A stretch of DNA of 64,000 bases from NCBI GenBank assembly GCA_963765625.1, contig CAVXXD010000013.1, positions 172,921 through 236,920 on the forward strand, given 5' to 3'. Position numbers and translations under genes: made by a program. This DNA is from an uncultured bacterium. Lineage in GTDB: Bacteria > Actinomycetota > Geothermincolia > Geothermincolales > Geothermincolaceae. How positions within the stretch are numbered: position 1 is the first letter of the stretch; the number at the start of each line of letters is the position of its first letter. Positions 40,371 through 49,274 of this stretch are shown here, in pieces. Below the pieces are notes generated by a model. The model had not been told where the DNA came from. It did not search any database and was given only the letters and a program-made list of their open reading frames with translations.

Positions 40371-40393
40371 CGGCGCCGCTGGCCTTGTTCCGG

Positions 40394-40419
40394 ATATATA
40401 ATGTATATACATTGTATAT
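40394..40419. promoter_or_regulatory. AT-rich palindromic operator/promoter of toxin-antitoxin operon
   Basis: ATATATAATGTAT|ATACATTGTATAT, one mismatch, includes TATAAT. Confidence 0.6.
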
Positions 40420-40437
40420 ACCATGAAGGAGGCCGAA

Positions 40438-40665
40438 ATGGTAAAGAGAATGACCAGGCACGGAAATAGCATGGCCCTGGTGATAGACCGGCCCATACTC
40501 GATTTGCTCAACATCGACGCCGATACCCCCCTGGATATCACCACCGACGGTGACGTGCTGATAATCACACCCGTGCGTGACAAGAAGCGCCGCAAGGCAT
40601 TTGAAACAGCCCTGGACAAGGCCAACCACAGATACGGCAGGATGCTGAAGAACCTGGCGGACTAG
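40438..40665 (+). CDS. AbrB/MazE-family antitoxin
   Basis: KRMTRHGNSMALVIDRPILDLLNI...LIITPV...YGRMLKNLA; GGAGG RBS. Confidence 0.85.
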   Translation: MVKRMTRHGNSMALVIDRPILDLLNIDADTPLDITTDGDVLIITPVRDKKRRKAFETALDKANHRYGRMLKNLAD

Positions 40666-40794
40666 ATGGCCGGACCCGTATTCCTGACTCTCGCCGACGT
40701 ATTGGAGATACACCAGGACCAGGTTCGAGGAGTGGCTGAAGGTAAGGCCGGTAAGAATGGCATCGCTGTTTTCCTGCGGTCAAACACGAAGTGA
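40666..40794 (+). pseudogene. Truncated Doc/Fic-family toxin (N-terminal ~20 aa only)
   Basis: MAGPVFLTLADVLEIHQDQ resembles Doc N-terminus, abuts antitoxin stop; no HxFxDGNKR motif follows. Confidence 0.7.
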
Positions 40795-40800
40795 CCCTTG

Positions 40801-40826
40801 AAAGAAAAAGGCCCCCGAGAGGGCCG
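40801..40826 (-). terminator. Terminator downstream of tRNA
   Basis: Minus strand GGCCC...GGGCC followed by TTTTTCTTT. Confidence 0.6.
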
Positions 40827-40832
40827 GTTTCG

Positions 40833-40907
40833 TGGTGGGCGTTAAGGGATTTGAACCCATGGCCTCTGCCGTGTGAAGGCAGCGCTCTCCCGCTGAGCTA
40901 AACGCCC
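40833..40907 (-). tRNA. tRNA-Val (anticodon CAC)
   Basis: GGGCGTTTAGCTCAGCGGGAGAGCGCTGCCTTCACACGGCAGAGGCCATGGGTTCAAATCCCTTAACGCCCACCA folds as a cloverleaf with encoded CCA. Confidence 0.95.
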
Positions 40908-41023
40908 GCGCCCATCTATGATACCACAACCTTTTTTCGAACAGAACGGTAAAAACCCGGGGCTGCAAGGCCGGTTCTGGTAGAATGTTCTCATACCGTC
41001 TGCACCAATCGATGGGAGGGAAT

Positions 41024-42142
41024 ATGGCTGCCGACATGGAACAGACCAAGAAAGCCACGCGGGATTACCCTGCGCTTTCTTCTACCCCCTGGACGCTGTG
41101 GGACGTCATGTACGCCCGGCGCTCCGTGCGCAAGTACGAGTCTTTCCCGGAGGACGAAGCGCTGATAAATTCGCTGCGCGAATTCCTCGCCTTCGCCCTG
41201 GAGGCGTGCGGTTCCCCGGCGGACAGCATACGCTTCATCTCCGATCCGAAGCAGGTCAAAGAACTGCAGAAGCGTTCCGTCAAGGGTGTGATGAACAAGA
41301 TCAACCGCTGGATGGTCAACGCCCCATTGCTGGGCTTTCTGGCCATCACCTGCCCCGCGACGGAGATCAAGGCGGACCGGCCGGTGCTTCTGGCCAGAAC
41401 GGCTCTGGCAGCGGAGGACGTGGTGCTCTGGCTGACCGAGCACGGGCTGGGTTCCTGCTGGCTGGGGGCCATTAACCGCGACGAGACCCGCGACTTCCTC
41501 GGCCTTCCCGCCGGCCAGGTGGTGCCGCTGCTCATCTGCGTGGGCAAACCCAAGCCCAAGGCCGCCCTGTCCATGGACAACCTCATGTACCAGACCGTTT
41601 CTCGCCGGCGCAAGGCTCTCGAGGCCATCGCCTTTTCCGAGAACATGAGTACCCCCTACCGACTTCCCATGTTTACCGGGACCGTGTGCACGGCGGCGCA
41701 GAAACAGGACATCAACAGCCTGATGCGCTTTATCTACGCCGGAGAGCACCCCGCCACCGACGTGCCCCTGGACCTGCTCATGGACGCCTGCCTGGAGGCG
41801 GGGCGGCTATCGCCCAATTCCAGCAACAACCAGGTATGGCGCTTCATCGTGGTGCGGGAGAAGAAGGCCCTGGAAGAACTGCGCACCGCCTGCCGCGCCA
41901 ACCGTCCCTGGAGGGCGGCCATCGCCGGGGCGGCGGAAGGCGGCGCCATGAACTCCCTGCTGCTGGACCAGCCCTTCTGGCTGATCGACCTGCCCATCGC
42001 CTTCGCCCACATGTCGCTGGCGGCGGCCTCCCTGAGCTGCCCGGCCAAGCTGCGCATGGACGACATCGACGAAGGGGCGATCAACGGGATGCTGGGCCTG
42101 CCGCGCAAGGTACGCACCGGCGGCGTCATCGGCTTCTTCTAA
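41024..42142 (+). CDS. Tandem-domain nitroreductase family protein
   Basis: ARRSVRKY, GLGSCWLG, then LEAGRLSPNSSNNQVWRFIVV. Confidence 0.8.
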   Translation: MAADMEQTKKATRDYPALSSTPWTLWDVMYARRSVRKYESFPEDEALINSLREFLAFALEACGSPADSIRFISDPKQVKELQKRSVKGVMNKINRWMVNAPLLGFLAITCPATEIKADRPVLLARTALAAEDVVLWLTEHGLGSCWLGAINRDETRDFLGLPAGQVVPLLICVGKPKPKAALSMDNLMYQTVSRRRKALEAIAFSENMSTPYRLPMFTGTVCTAAQKQDINSLMRFIYAGEHPATDVPLDLLMDACLEAGRLSPNSSNNQVWRFIVVREKKALEELRTACRANRPWRAAIAGAAEGGAMNSLLLDQPFWLIDLPIAFAHMSLAAASLSCPAKLRMDDIDEGAINGMLGLPRKVRTGGVIGFF

Positions 42143-42146
42143 AATC

Positions 42147-42205
42147 GTCGTTGCGAGGAACGTAGTTACGAAGCAATCAGATTGCTTCGCTTCGCTCGCA
42201 ATGAC
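42147..42205. repeat. Palindromic REP-like element (GTCATTGCGAG...GAAGCAATC type)
   Basis: GTCGTTGCGAG...CGAAGCAATC-A-GATTGCTTCG...CTCGCAATGAC between convergent stops. Confidence 0.75.
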
Positions 42206-42213
42206 CCGGGGGT

Positions 42214-43182
42214 TTACGTAAGGGGGTTGTCCAGCTCGACTTCTTTGCCCCGCATGGAAAAAGCGAGGTGGGCGCCTTCCCTTATCTCGCCGCAGGCCGC
42301 GGCCTCCAGTCCCTGCATGCGCAGGAGCTCCTCCACCCCTTTGACCTTGCTCCGCGTTACGGTGAGCAGGAAGCCGTAGCTGGGGAAGGCCTGCAGCCAT
42401 TCCTCCATCTCCACCCCCGCAGGACACGGGACTCTGTCCAGTTCCAGGAGCGCGCTCACCCCGGAAGCCGCCGCCAGCATGGCCAGGGTGCCGGGCAGGC
42501 CGGCGTTGCTGACATCACGGCAGGCGGTGGCCAGGCCCCCTTCGGCGATCTCCGGCAGCACGGCGTAATTCTCCAGCACCCGCTCGGGATCCCGCCCACT
42601 GGTGGCGTCCCAGATGCGTGCCTCCCCGTCCCACCGCCCCTCCGGGTCATAGGTGAAAAGAAGGGCGTCGCCCAGCGCCGCCCCGAAAGTGCCCAGGATG
42701 GTCATGGCCCGCCCCAGGGCGGCCACGCTGAGACCCCGCCGGCCGGCGCCGGCGTCGAGGTGGCCGCCGAGCATGGACAGCCCGAAGAAGTCGCAGCCCT
42801 CGCGCAACCCCGCGGCGGCCTCCCTCGCCCAGGCTTCGTCCCCGTCGGGAACGTGCAAGGTATCGACCAGCGCGAAGGGAAACCCCCCGGTGGCATAGAT
42901 GTCGTTGACGGCGACGTTGACCGCGCAAAAGCCGGCGAAGCGCGGCCGCTCGAGAAGCCCCTCACGAATGGCGTCGGCGGTCAGGAGGAGATAACCCCGG
43001 TCGTCCCGCAGGTAGCCGCAGTCGTCGCCCAAGCCGTAGAACCGTCCTTCTCCCCGAGGATCCAGTACCTTCAGCACGGGTCCGACGGCCTGCTTGCGCG
43101 CCATCTCAACCGACTTCGCGAAACTCTCGGCCCAGGCCTCCAGGTCCATGCCAGACTCCTTCCTCAACACCTGCATATCCAC
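42214..43182 (-). CDS. AIR synthase-like protein (sll0787-like)
   Basis: LGDDC, AGFCAVNVAVNDIYATGG, LGGH, CRDVSNAGLPGTLAML, WLQAFPSYGFLL. Confidence 0.75.
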   Translation of the reverse strand: MDMQVLRKESGMDLEAWAESFAKSVEMARKQAVGPVLKVLDPRGEGRFYGLGDDCGYLRDDRGYLLLTADAIREGLLERPRFAGFCAVNVAVNDIYATGGFPFALVDTLHVPDGDEAWAREAAAGLREGCDFFGLSMLGGHLDAGAGRRGLSVAALGRAMTILGTFGAALGDALLFTYDPEGRWDGEARIWDATSGRDPERVLENYAVLPEIAEGGLATACRDVSNAGLPGTLAMLAAASGVSALLELDRVPCPAGVEMEEWLQAFPSYGFLLTVTRSKVKGVEELLRMQGLEAAACGEIREGAHLAFSMRGKEVELDNPLT

Positions 43183-43350
43183 AGCTTAGAGCCATTTTTG
43201 GCGGCTTCTCAGCTTGTTGTCAATCCGGTACTTAAATGATATGCTTTTAGGCGTCTTGTAGATAGGAAAGCGGAGCAAAAAGCTCCGTAGGAAAAACCGG
43301 GGCCTCGCGGTTCCCCGGTTTTGGTAAATCTTGGAAAGGGAGGAAACTAG

Positions 43351-44340
43351 ATGTTTGATGTCATCGCCCAGGGAGATGGGCCCCTTTTCGCGGATCCCGA
43401 TCCCGACAAGGCCCGGGAATTTTTCCGCACGAAAAAGAGGTCTCTCTCCAACAAGGTCATGACCGTGAGCGAAGCGGTCGACAAGTACGTCCACGACGGC
43501 GAATACCTCGCCATCGGCGGCTTCGGGGCCAACCGCATCCCCACCGCCGTGTGCCACGAGATAGTCCGTCAGAAGAAGAAGAAGATGGCCTTCGCCGGCC
43601 ACACCTCCACCCACGACTTCGACATCCTTTGCGCGGGAGAGGTGTTCGACCGCTGCGACATCGCCTACATCATCGGGCTGGAGGCGCGCGGCCTCTCCAT
43701 GAACGCCCGCCGCTACATGGAGAGTGGCAAGGTCACGGCGTGCGAATGGACCAACTACGGCATGGCCCTGCGTCTCAAAGCGGCGGCTATGGGACTGTCG
43801 TTCCTGCCCGGCCGCAACGTCATGGGGACGGACACCTTCAAGCACAGCGGCATCAAGCTGGTGGAGTGCCCCTTCACCGGCAAGAAGATGTCCCTCTTCC
43901 CCGCCCTCTACCCCGACGTCGCCGCCATCCACGTGCACGAGGCCGACGTCTACGGCAACTGCCGCATCAAGGGCATCTCCGTGGCCGACCTGGAACTGGC
44001 CCGGGCCGCCAAGCACCTCATCATCACCTGCGAGAAACTGATCCACAACGAAGAGATCCGCTCCGATCCCACCCTTACCTTCATCCCCTACTACGCGGTG
44101 GACGCGGTCTGCGAGGTACCCTTCGGCAGCTACCCCGGCAACATGTGCTACGAGTACTTCTCCGACGAGCCGCACATCAAGAAGTGGCTGGAGACGGAGA
44201 AGGACCCCGAGGCCTTCGCCAAGTTCATCGACGAGCAGATCTACAGCACCAAGAACTTCAACGAATACCTGGAGCTCAACGGAGGCATCGAACGCATCAA
44301 CCAGCTCCGTGCCCTGGAAAACCTGATAGAGCTGGACTGA
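43351..44340 (+). CDS. gctA: CoA transferase subunit A (glutaconate CoA-transferase-like)
   Basis: YLAIGGFG, LKAAAMGLSFLP, CPFTG, PDVAAIHVHEADVYGN, PFGSYP. Confidence 0.85.
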   Translation: MFDVIAQGDGPLFADPDPDKAREFFRTKKRSLSNKVMTVSEAVDKYVHDGEYLAIGGFGANRIPTAVCHEIVRQKKKKMAFAGHTSTHDFDILCAGEVFDRCDIAYIIGLEARGLSMNARRYMESGKVTACEWTNYGMALRLKAAAMGLSFLPGRNVMGTDTFKHSGIKLVECPFTGKKMSLFPALYPDVAAIHVHEADVYGNCRIKGISVADLELARAAKHLIITCEKLIHNEEIRSDPTLTFIPYYAVDAVCEVPFGSYPGNMCYEYFSDEPHIKKWLETEKDPEAFAKFIDEQIYSTKNFNEYLELNGGIERINQLRALENLIELD

Positions 44341-44352
44341 GGAGGGATATAA

Positions 44353-45120
44353 ATGGCTGATTACAACACCATGGAACTTATGATCGTTGCGGCCTCCCGG
44401 GAGCTCGAGGACGGAGCCACCGTGGGCGTGGGCACCGGGGCCCCCTGCGCCACCGCCATGCTGGCACAGAAAACCGGCGCCCCTAACCTGATCATCATGT
44501 TCGAGGCCGGCGGCATCTCGCCCCAGCTTCCCACCATGCCCATCTCGGTGGGCGACTCGCGCACCTTCTACAAGGCGGTCAGCGCCAGCGGCATGTGCGA
44601 GATCATGGAGGCCTGCCAGCGCGGCATGGTCGACTACACCTTCCTGGGCGGCGCCCAGATCGACATGTACGGCAACCTCAACTCGACGGTGATCGGCGAC
44701 TGGGCCAAGCCCAAGGTGCGCTTCCCCGGTTCGGGCGGAGCCAACGACTTCGCCAGCTTCTGCTGGAAGGTCATGGTCATCACCCCGCAGGACGCCAAGC
44801 GCTTCGTGGAGAAGTGCAGCTTCATCACCACCCCCGGCTACCTGGACGGCGGAAACTCCCGCGAGGAAGCCGGCCTGCCCCTCAACACCGGCCCGCACAA
44901 GGTCATCACCAACATGGCCATCATGGGTTACCACCCCGAGAGCAAGCGTATGCAGGTGGAGTCCATCCACCACGGCTTCACCTTCGACGACGTGCAGCAG
45001 AACTGCGGCTTCGAACTGCTCAAGGCGGCCAAGGTGGGAGAGACGCCTCCCCCCACCGCCCACGAGCTGGAGATCCTCCGCAAAGAGGTCGACCCGCACG
45101 GCTACATCATCGGCAGGTAA
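44353..45120 (+). CDS. gctB: CoA transferase subunit B (glutaconate CoA-transferase-like)
   Basis: VGTGAP, FEAG (catalytic Glu), FLGGAQIDMYGNLNST, RFPGSGGAND. Confidence 0.87.
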   Translation: MADYNTMELMIVAASRELEDGATVGVGTGAPCATAMLAQKTGAPNLIIMFEAGGISPQLPTMPISVGDSRTFYKAVSASGMCEIMEACQRGMVDYTFLGGAQIDMYGNLNSTVIGDWAKPKVRFPGSGGANDFASFCWKVMVITPQDAKRFVEKCSFITTPGYLDGGNSREEAGLPLNTGPHKVITNMAIMGYHPESKRMQVESIHHGFTFDDVQQNCGFELLKAAKVGETPPPTAHELEILRKEVDPHGYIIGR

Positions 45121-45142
45121 CTGAGACAGTAAGGTTCGCATC

Positions 45143-45173
45143 GCCGGCCCCTTCCCGAGGGGCCGGCTTTTTT
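45143..45173 (+). terminator. Rho-independent terminator
   Basis: GCCGGCCCCT-TCCCG-AGGGGCCGGC-TTTTTT. Confidence 0.85.
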
Positions 45174-45186
45174 ACGCCCTTGAGGG

Positions 45187-46116
45187 TCAGTCCTCAATCC
45201 ATTCTTCCGGGCGGCTCCTCCAGGTGCTGAGAAAGATGCCGGCCGAGGAAAGGAGCACGGGGATGACCAGGTGGCCGGGGTCCTCGCCCAGTACGGCCCA
45301 GGCCAGCAGAACGGCCAGGGAAGGCTTGAGGAAAAAGAAAGACGCGCCGGAAGCGGTGGGCACCTTGTTCATCCCCCAGAAGTAGAAGATGTAAGCCACC
45401 CCCACCGTGAAGACGCCTATATAGAGGCAGATGAGCCAGGTGGCCGGGTGAAGGTCGAGGAGGCCTCTCATGTCCCCGCGGATAACCACAGTGGCGAGGA
45501 AGAGAACGCTCCCGATGACGATGCTGATAAAAGAAACTTCCGTCTCCCCGTACTTCGCGGTGTATTTCTTGCCCATGACAGTGTAGAGAGACCAGCTGAG
45601 GGCCGAAGCCAGGACGGCCAGGCCGCCGCCGAGCTCGGCCCGCACGGCGAAGTCGGAGAAATCCATCCCGGTGATGGCCAGAAATGCTCCGGCCAGTCCC
45701 AGGATAGCCCCCAGCCAGGTGCGCAGCCTCGCTTTCTCGTGCAGCAGGGGATAGGCCAGCACGGCCGTGAAAACAGGGTTGACGCAGAAGATGACCGCCG
45801 CGGTGGAAGCCTGGGTTTTCTCCAGCCCCCAGAAATAGAGGGTGAAAGTGACGTAGACGCCGATCACCCCCAGCAGGGCCATACCGGTAGTGTCGCCGCG
45901 GACGATACCGGGCAGGGAGCCCAGCCGTCGGCGCCCCGCCAGGACCACCAGCATGAACAATCCCCCGAAGATGAAGCGCACCAGCGCCAGCTGAAAATGG
46001 TCGATCTCGTCCGGCCCGTAGAGATGCTGGATATACTTGCCCGCCACCTCCAGGGTGCTGAAGAGGAAGATGGCAGCCAGAACGGAGAGATAACCGTTGA
46101 GCCGTTCATTTTTCAC
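45187..46116 (-). CDS. DMT/EamA family transporter
   Basis: ~10 TM helices in two repeats; ASTAAVIFCVNPVF, WSLYTVMGKK, LAWAVLGE. Confidence 0.85.
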   Translation of the reverse strand: MKNERLNGYLSVLAAIFLFSTLEVAGKYIQHLYGPDEIDHFQLALVRFIFGGLFMLVVLAGRRRLGSLPGIVRGDTTGMALLGVIGVYVTFTLYFWGLEKTQASTAAVIFCVNPVFTAVLAYPLLHEKARLRTWLGAILGLAGAFLAITGMDFSDFAVRAELGGGLAVLASALSWSLYTVMGKKYTAKYGETEVSFISIVIGSVLFLATVVIRGDMRGLLDLHPATWLICLYIGVFTVGVAYIFYFWGMNKVPTASGASFFFLKPSLAVLLAWAVLGEDPGHLVIPVLLSSAGIFLSTWRSRPEEWIED

Positions 46117-46184
46117 GGCAATTATATAACCCGGGGACTGCCTGTAAATAGAGTCCGCGGTTAGCTGATAGAATTAATGGCCAT

Positions 46185-47576
46185 ATGAAGGAACTTAACG
46201 TGACAACAATCGCCGGCTCAGATCCCGGCACAAGAGAGGCGTACCTGTCAGCCGGGGCAAACTGGTTGTGGGCATGGAGAGAGCGTCTGGTGACGCGTTT
46301 CCCGCGAACCGCTGATCTTTTCTCTCGTTACGGCATATGGCTGATCGTTACAGGCTTCTTTATTCTTTACGCAACCGGCTCATTGCTCAAGCACATGAAC
46401 TTCAATTCCTACGCCTGGGACCTGGGCATCTTCGACCAGGCGATCTGGAAGTACAGCCACATGGAGATCGGCTCGAACACGGTGAAGGTCATACCCGTGC
46501 TGCTGGCCGACCACTGGCATCCTTCCCTTTTTCTGTTCGTCCCCTTCTATTGGATCTGGGAAGACGTCCGGATGCTGCTGATCGTGCAATCCCTGATAGC
46601 TGCCTCGGCCGCCGTGCCCATCTACCTGATCGCGCGCGATAAGCTCCAAGACCGCTTTACAGCCCTGTTGCTGGCTGCCGCTTGTCTTTCCTTCTGGGGC
46701 ATGTGGGAACTCGTGCTATTCGATTTCCACCCATACGTGCTTTTTCCCGTGGTCCTGGCCTGGATGTATTACTTCGTCATGCGGGACCGCATGATAGCCT
46801 ATTTCCTATGTCTTCCTCTCCTTTTGAACATCCAGGAACAGATGATCCTGGCCGGCGTCTTCCTGGGCATCTACCTGGCTTTGTTCCGCAGAAAGTGGTT
46901 CGCGGGCATAGCCACCCTGGTCATCTCTTCCGGCTATTTCTACCTCGTCTCGGAGGTGTTCATCCCCGGATTGTCGCTGACCCAAACCGGTCTCTACACG
47001 GTCCTCTACAGCCATATGGGGAATAGCGGGCTGGAGATCGCCCGCTACCTGGTGGCACACCCTCACATGGCCGTGAAACAGATATTCTGGCCGCTCGGTA
47101 AGATCGGGCTTCTCCTGAGACTACTCACTCCTTTCCTCTTCCTGCCCCTTCTGGGAGGCTTCTCCATCGTGCTCATCCCCGACCTTCTGTTGAGGCTGTA
47201 TTCGAACAATCCAAGCCTCTGGGCGCCCCATAATCATTACCATGCCGTGTATGCCGCCGTTCTCCTGATCGCCTTCCTCGAAGCCCTGCCAAGACTATAC
47301 CGCTGGCTGAAAAGGACCGGGCGCCATCAATCTCTTCATTTCCGTCAGCTGGCCTTCGCTCTGGGTGTGGTGGTTCTGGTTCTCCAGGTTCCTTTTACAC
47401 TGAGAAGCACCTTCACCCTGTTCTTCCATCCCTCTTTCTATTATCTTGATGCCCAGGAGAGTACGGGTTACCGGGTGCTTGAAGACATACCTCGCGAAGC
47501 TTCGGCCTGTGCCCAGTACAAAATAGTGCCCCATCTCTCCCAGCGCGAGCTCATCTATGTGCTGGGTAAGGCCTAG
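46185..47576 (+). CDS. DUF2079-like membrane protein (GT-C-like)
   Basis: WDLGIFDQAIW, LADHWHP, LLIVQ, FDFHP, HYHA, PHLSQRE. Confidence 0.75.
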   Translation: MKELNVTTIAGSDPGTREAYLSAGANWLWAWRERLVTRFPRTADLFSRYGIWLIVTGFFILYATGSLLKHMNFNSYAWDLGIFDQAIWKYSHMEIGSNTVKVIPVLLADHWHPSLFLFVPFYWIWEDVRMLLIVQSLIAASAAVPIYLIARDKLQDRFTALLLAAACLSFWGMWELVLFDFHPYVLFPVVLAWMYYFVMRDRMIAYFLCLPLLLNIQEQMILAGVFLGIYLALFRRKWFAGIATLVISSGYFYLVSEVFIPGLSLTQTGLYTVLYSHMGNSGLEIARYLVAHPHMAVKQIFWPLGKIGLLLRLLTPFLFLPLLGGFSIVLIPDLLLRLYSNNPSLWAPHNHYHAVYAAVLLIAFLEALPRLYRWLKRTGRHQSLHFRQLAFALGVVVLVLQVPFTLRSTFTLFFHPSFYYLDAQESTGYRVLEDIPREASACAQYKIVPHLSQRELIYVLGKA

Positions 47577-48874
47577 TTGTAGTCGCGGCCGACGACCACT
47601 ACCACCTTGGCCTGGTTGGCGCCGGTGATGGTTTCGTCCACTTTGACCGGCGGGGCTTTGTTCCCCCAGAAATCCTTCACCACCTGGGAGGCCATGCCGG
47701 AATAACCGGCCGAGACGTAGATAGTGGTCTTGTCATAGACGTTGGCGGCGTTTCCCGTGGCCGGGGAATAGCCCTTGCCGCGCAGGATATCCGCCACCTG
47801 GCCGGCTATTCCCTGCTGGCCGGAGCCGTTGAGGACCATCAACGGGAGCTCGGCGGCGTTGTCGAGGACGACCTGTTCGGTCCCTTCGTCCTCGGCGGGG
47901 GGAGTGATCAGGCAGTACTTCTTGACGCTGTCCATTATCTCGGCCGTGCCTACGGGGTCGGCAACGTAGTACCAGGCGTCGTTAGTCCTGGATGGTGCCT
48001 GATCGCTGCCGGGGATGGTGGCCATCTGGACGTCCTCGAGCTTGATCCCCTGCAGGTACTTGGCCAGGTTGAGAAAGTCGCCGCCGGGCATGTCCGTGGT
48101 CAGGTAGGGGGTGATGGCGTTCAGTATCCGGATGATGTCGTCAACTTCCCTGACGCTGTCGATGGCCTTCTGGGCCATGGCCTTGAGGAACCTCTGCTGG
48201 TTGTTGATGCGGTCGATGTCGCCGTCGGGCAGGTTGCGCGAGCGGCACAGCACCAGTGCTTCCTTGCCGTAGAGCAGCAGGTCGCCTGAGGGCAGGCAGC
48301 CTACCTTGGGGTCGCGGATCTCGTAGTCCATGTGGAAGGGTACCCCGTCGATGGCGTCAACGATGCCCTTGAAGGCCTCGAAGTCCACCTCGATGAAATT
48401 GTGAATTTTCTCCACCCCGAGCAGGCTCTTCACTGCGTCGATGGTCCCTTCCGGGCCGTAGTAGGCATGGGCGGCGTTGATCTTCTCGGTCCCGTAGCCC
48501 TCGATGGTGACCTTGGTGTCGCGGGGGATGGAGACCACCGCCACGCGCTTGTTCTTGAAATCGACGGAAGCGAACATGAGCACGTCGGAGCGGCAGAAGC
48601 CTGTCTCCCCTTTGTTGCTGCCGCGATCGATGCCAATGATCACGAAGTTGAGGGGTTCCTTGGGGCCCGTCCAGATGTCGGTCCCTTCGGTGGGCTGCTC
48701 CCGGGTGTCCCTCAAGGTCCAGGTGGCATAATGCCACTGCGCCCAGGCGTAAATATCCCTGCCGCCCAGCGCTCCGGCCAGCACCCCGCCTACCAGCAGA
48801 ACGACCAGCATATATTGTAGAAAACGCAGGCGCTTCGACTTCTTGATGCTCTGCGTCCTGTCAAGGCGGCTCAT
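47573..48874 (-). CDS. LCP family glycopolymer transferase with LytR C-terminal domain
   Basis: RSDVLM, VSIPRDT, KINAAH, FKGIVDAIDGV, GDIDRINNQQ, VLNGSG. Confidence 0.9.
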   Translation of the reverse strand: MSRLDRTQSIKKSKRLRFLQYMLVVLLVGGVLAGALGGRDIYAWAQWHYATWTLRDTREQPTEGTDIWTGPKEPLNFVIIGIDRGSNKGETGFCRSDVLMFASVDFKNKRVAVVSIPRDTKVTIEGYGTEKINAAHAYYGPEGTIDAVKSLLGVEKIHNFIEVDFEAFKGIVDAIDGVPFHMDYEIRDPKVGCLPSGDLLLYGKEALVLCRSRNLPDGDIDRINNQQRFLKAMAQKAIDSVREVDDIIRILNAITPYLTTDMPGGDFLNLAKYLQGIKLEDVQMATIPGSDQAPSRTNDAWYYVADPVGTAEIMDSVKKYCLITPPAEDEGTEQVVLDNAAELPLMVLNGSGQQGIAGQVADILRGKGYSPATGNAANVYDKTTIYVSAGYSGMASQVVKDFWGNKAPPVKVDETITGANQAKVVVVVGRDYN

Positions 48875-49003
48875 ATCATCTTCTCCATCGGTCTTACATG
48901 CTCTCTCGGAAACGCGTTTCTGACGTATTTACCCTGTTCGGGGTTCCTTCAGGGCCATTATATCAAACCGTCCGGGAACCGCTATGATGCCGCGGGGGGA
49001 CCT

Positions 49004-49246
49004 TCACTCCCCGTCTTCCTCCAGTGAGACCTCTTCCGCCCCAGCTTCTTCCTCCAGGGAACCGAGCAGTTTTTCGACCTTGCTGCGCGATTCGGTCAGC
49101 TTCACCTTGCTCGCTTTGAGCAGCCCTACCGCTTCTTCGAAGAGGGCCAGGCTCTCTTCCAGCTCCAGGTCTTCTTTCTCCAGGGTCAGGGTTATCTCCT
49201 CCAGCCGGTCCAGCATCTGCTTGAACGTCGCTCCCTCGCCTTCCAT
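49004..49246 (-). CDS. xseB: Exodeoxyribonuclease VII small subunit
   Basis: TFKQMLDRLEEI...LELEESLALFEEAV; follows xseA. Confidence 0.9.
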   Translation of the reverse strand: MEGEGATFKQMLDRLEEITLTLEKEDLELEESLALFEEAVGLLKASKVKLTESRSKVEKLLGSLEEEAGAEEVSLEEDGE

Positions 49247-49274
49247 CTAAACCTCCGATGTCTCCAGGATGCCT

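Noticed and set aside
39512-40907. Intact integrative element at tRNA-Val
   Set aside because: No integrase, and no duplicated tRNA 3' end noticed in the window
46185-47576. C-terminal truncation of the DUF2079-like gene
   Set aside because: It ends by overlapping the LCP stop, but truncation cannot be shown without homolog alignment
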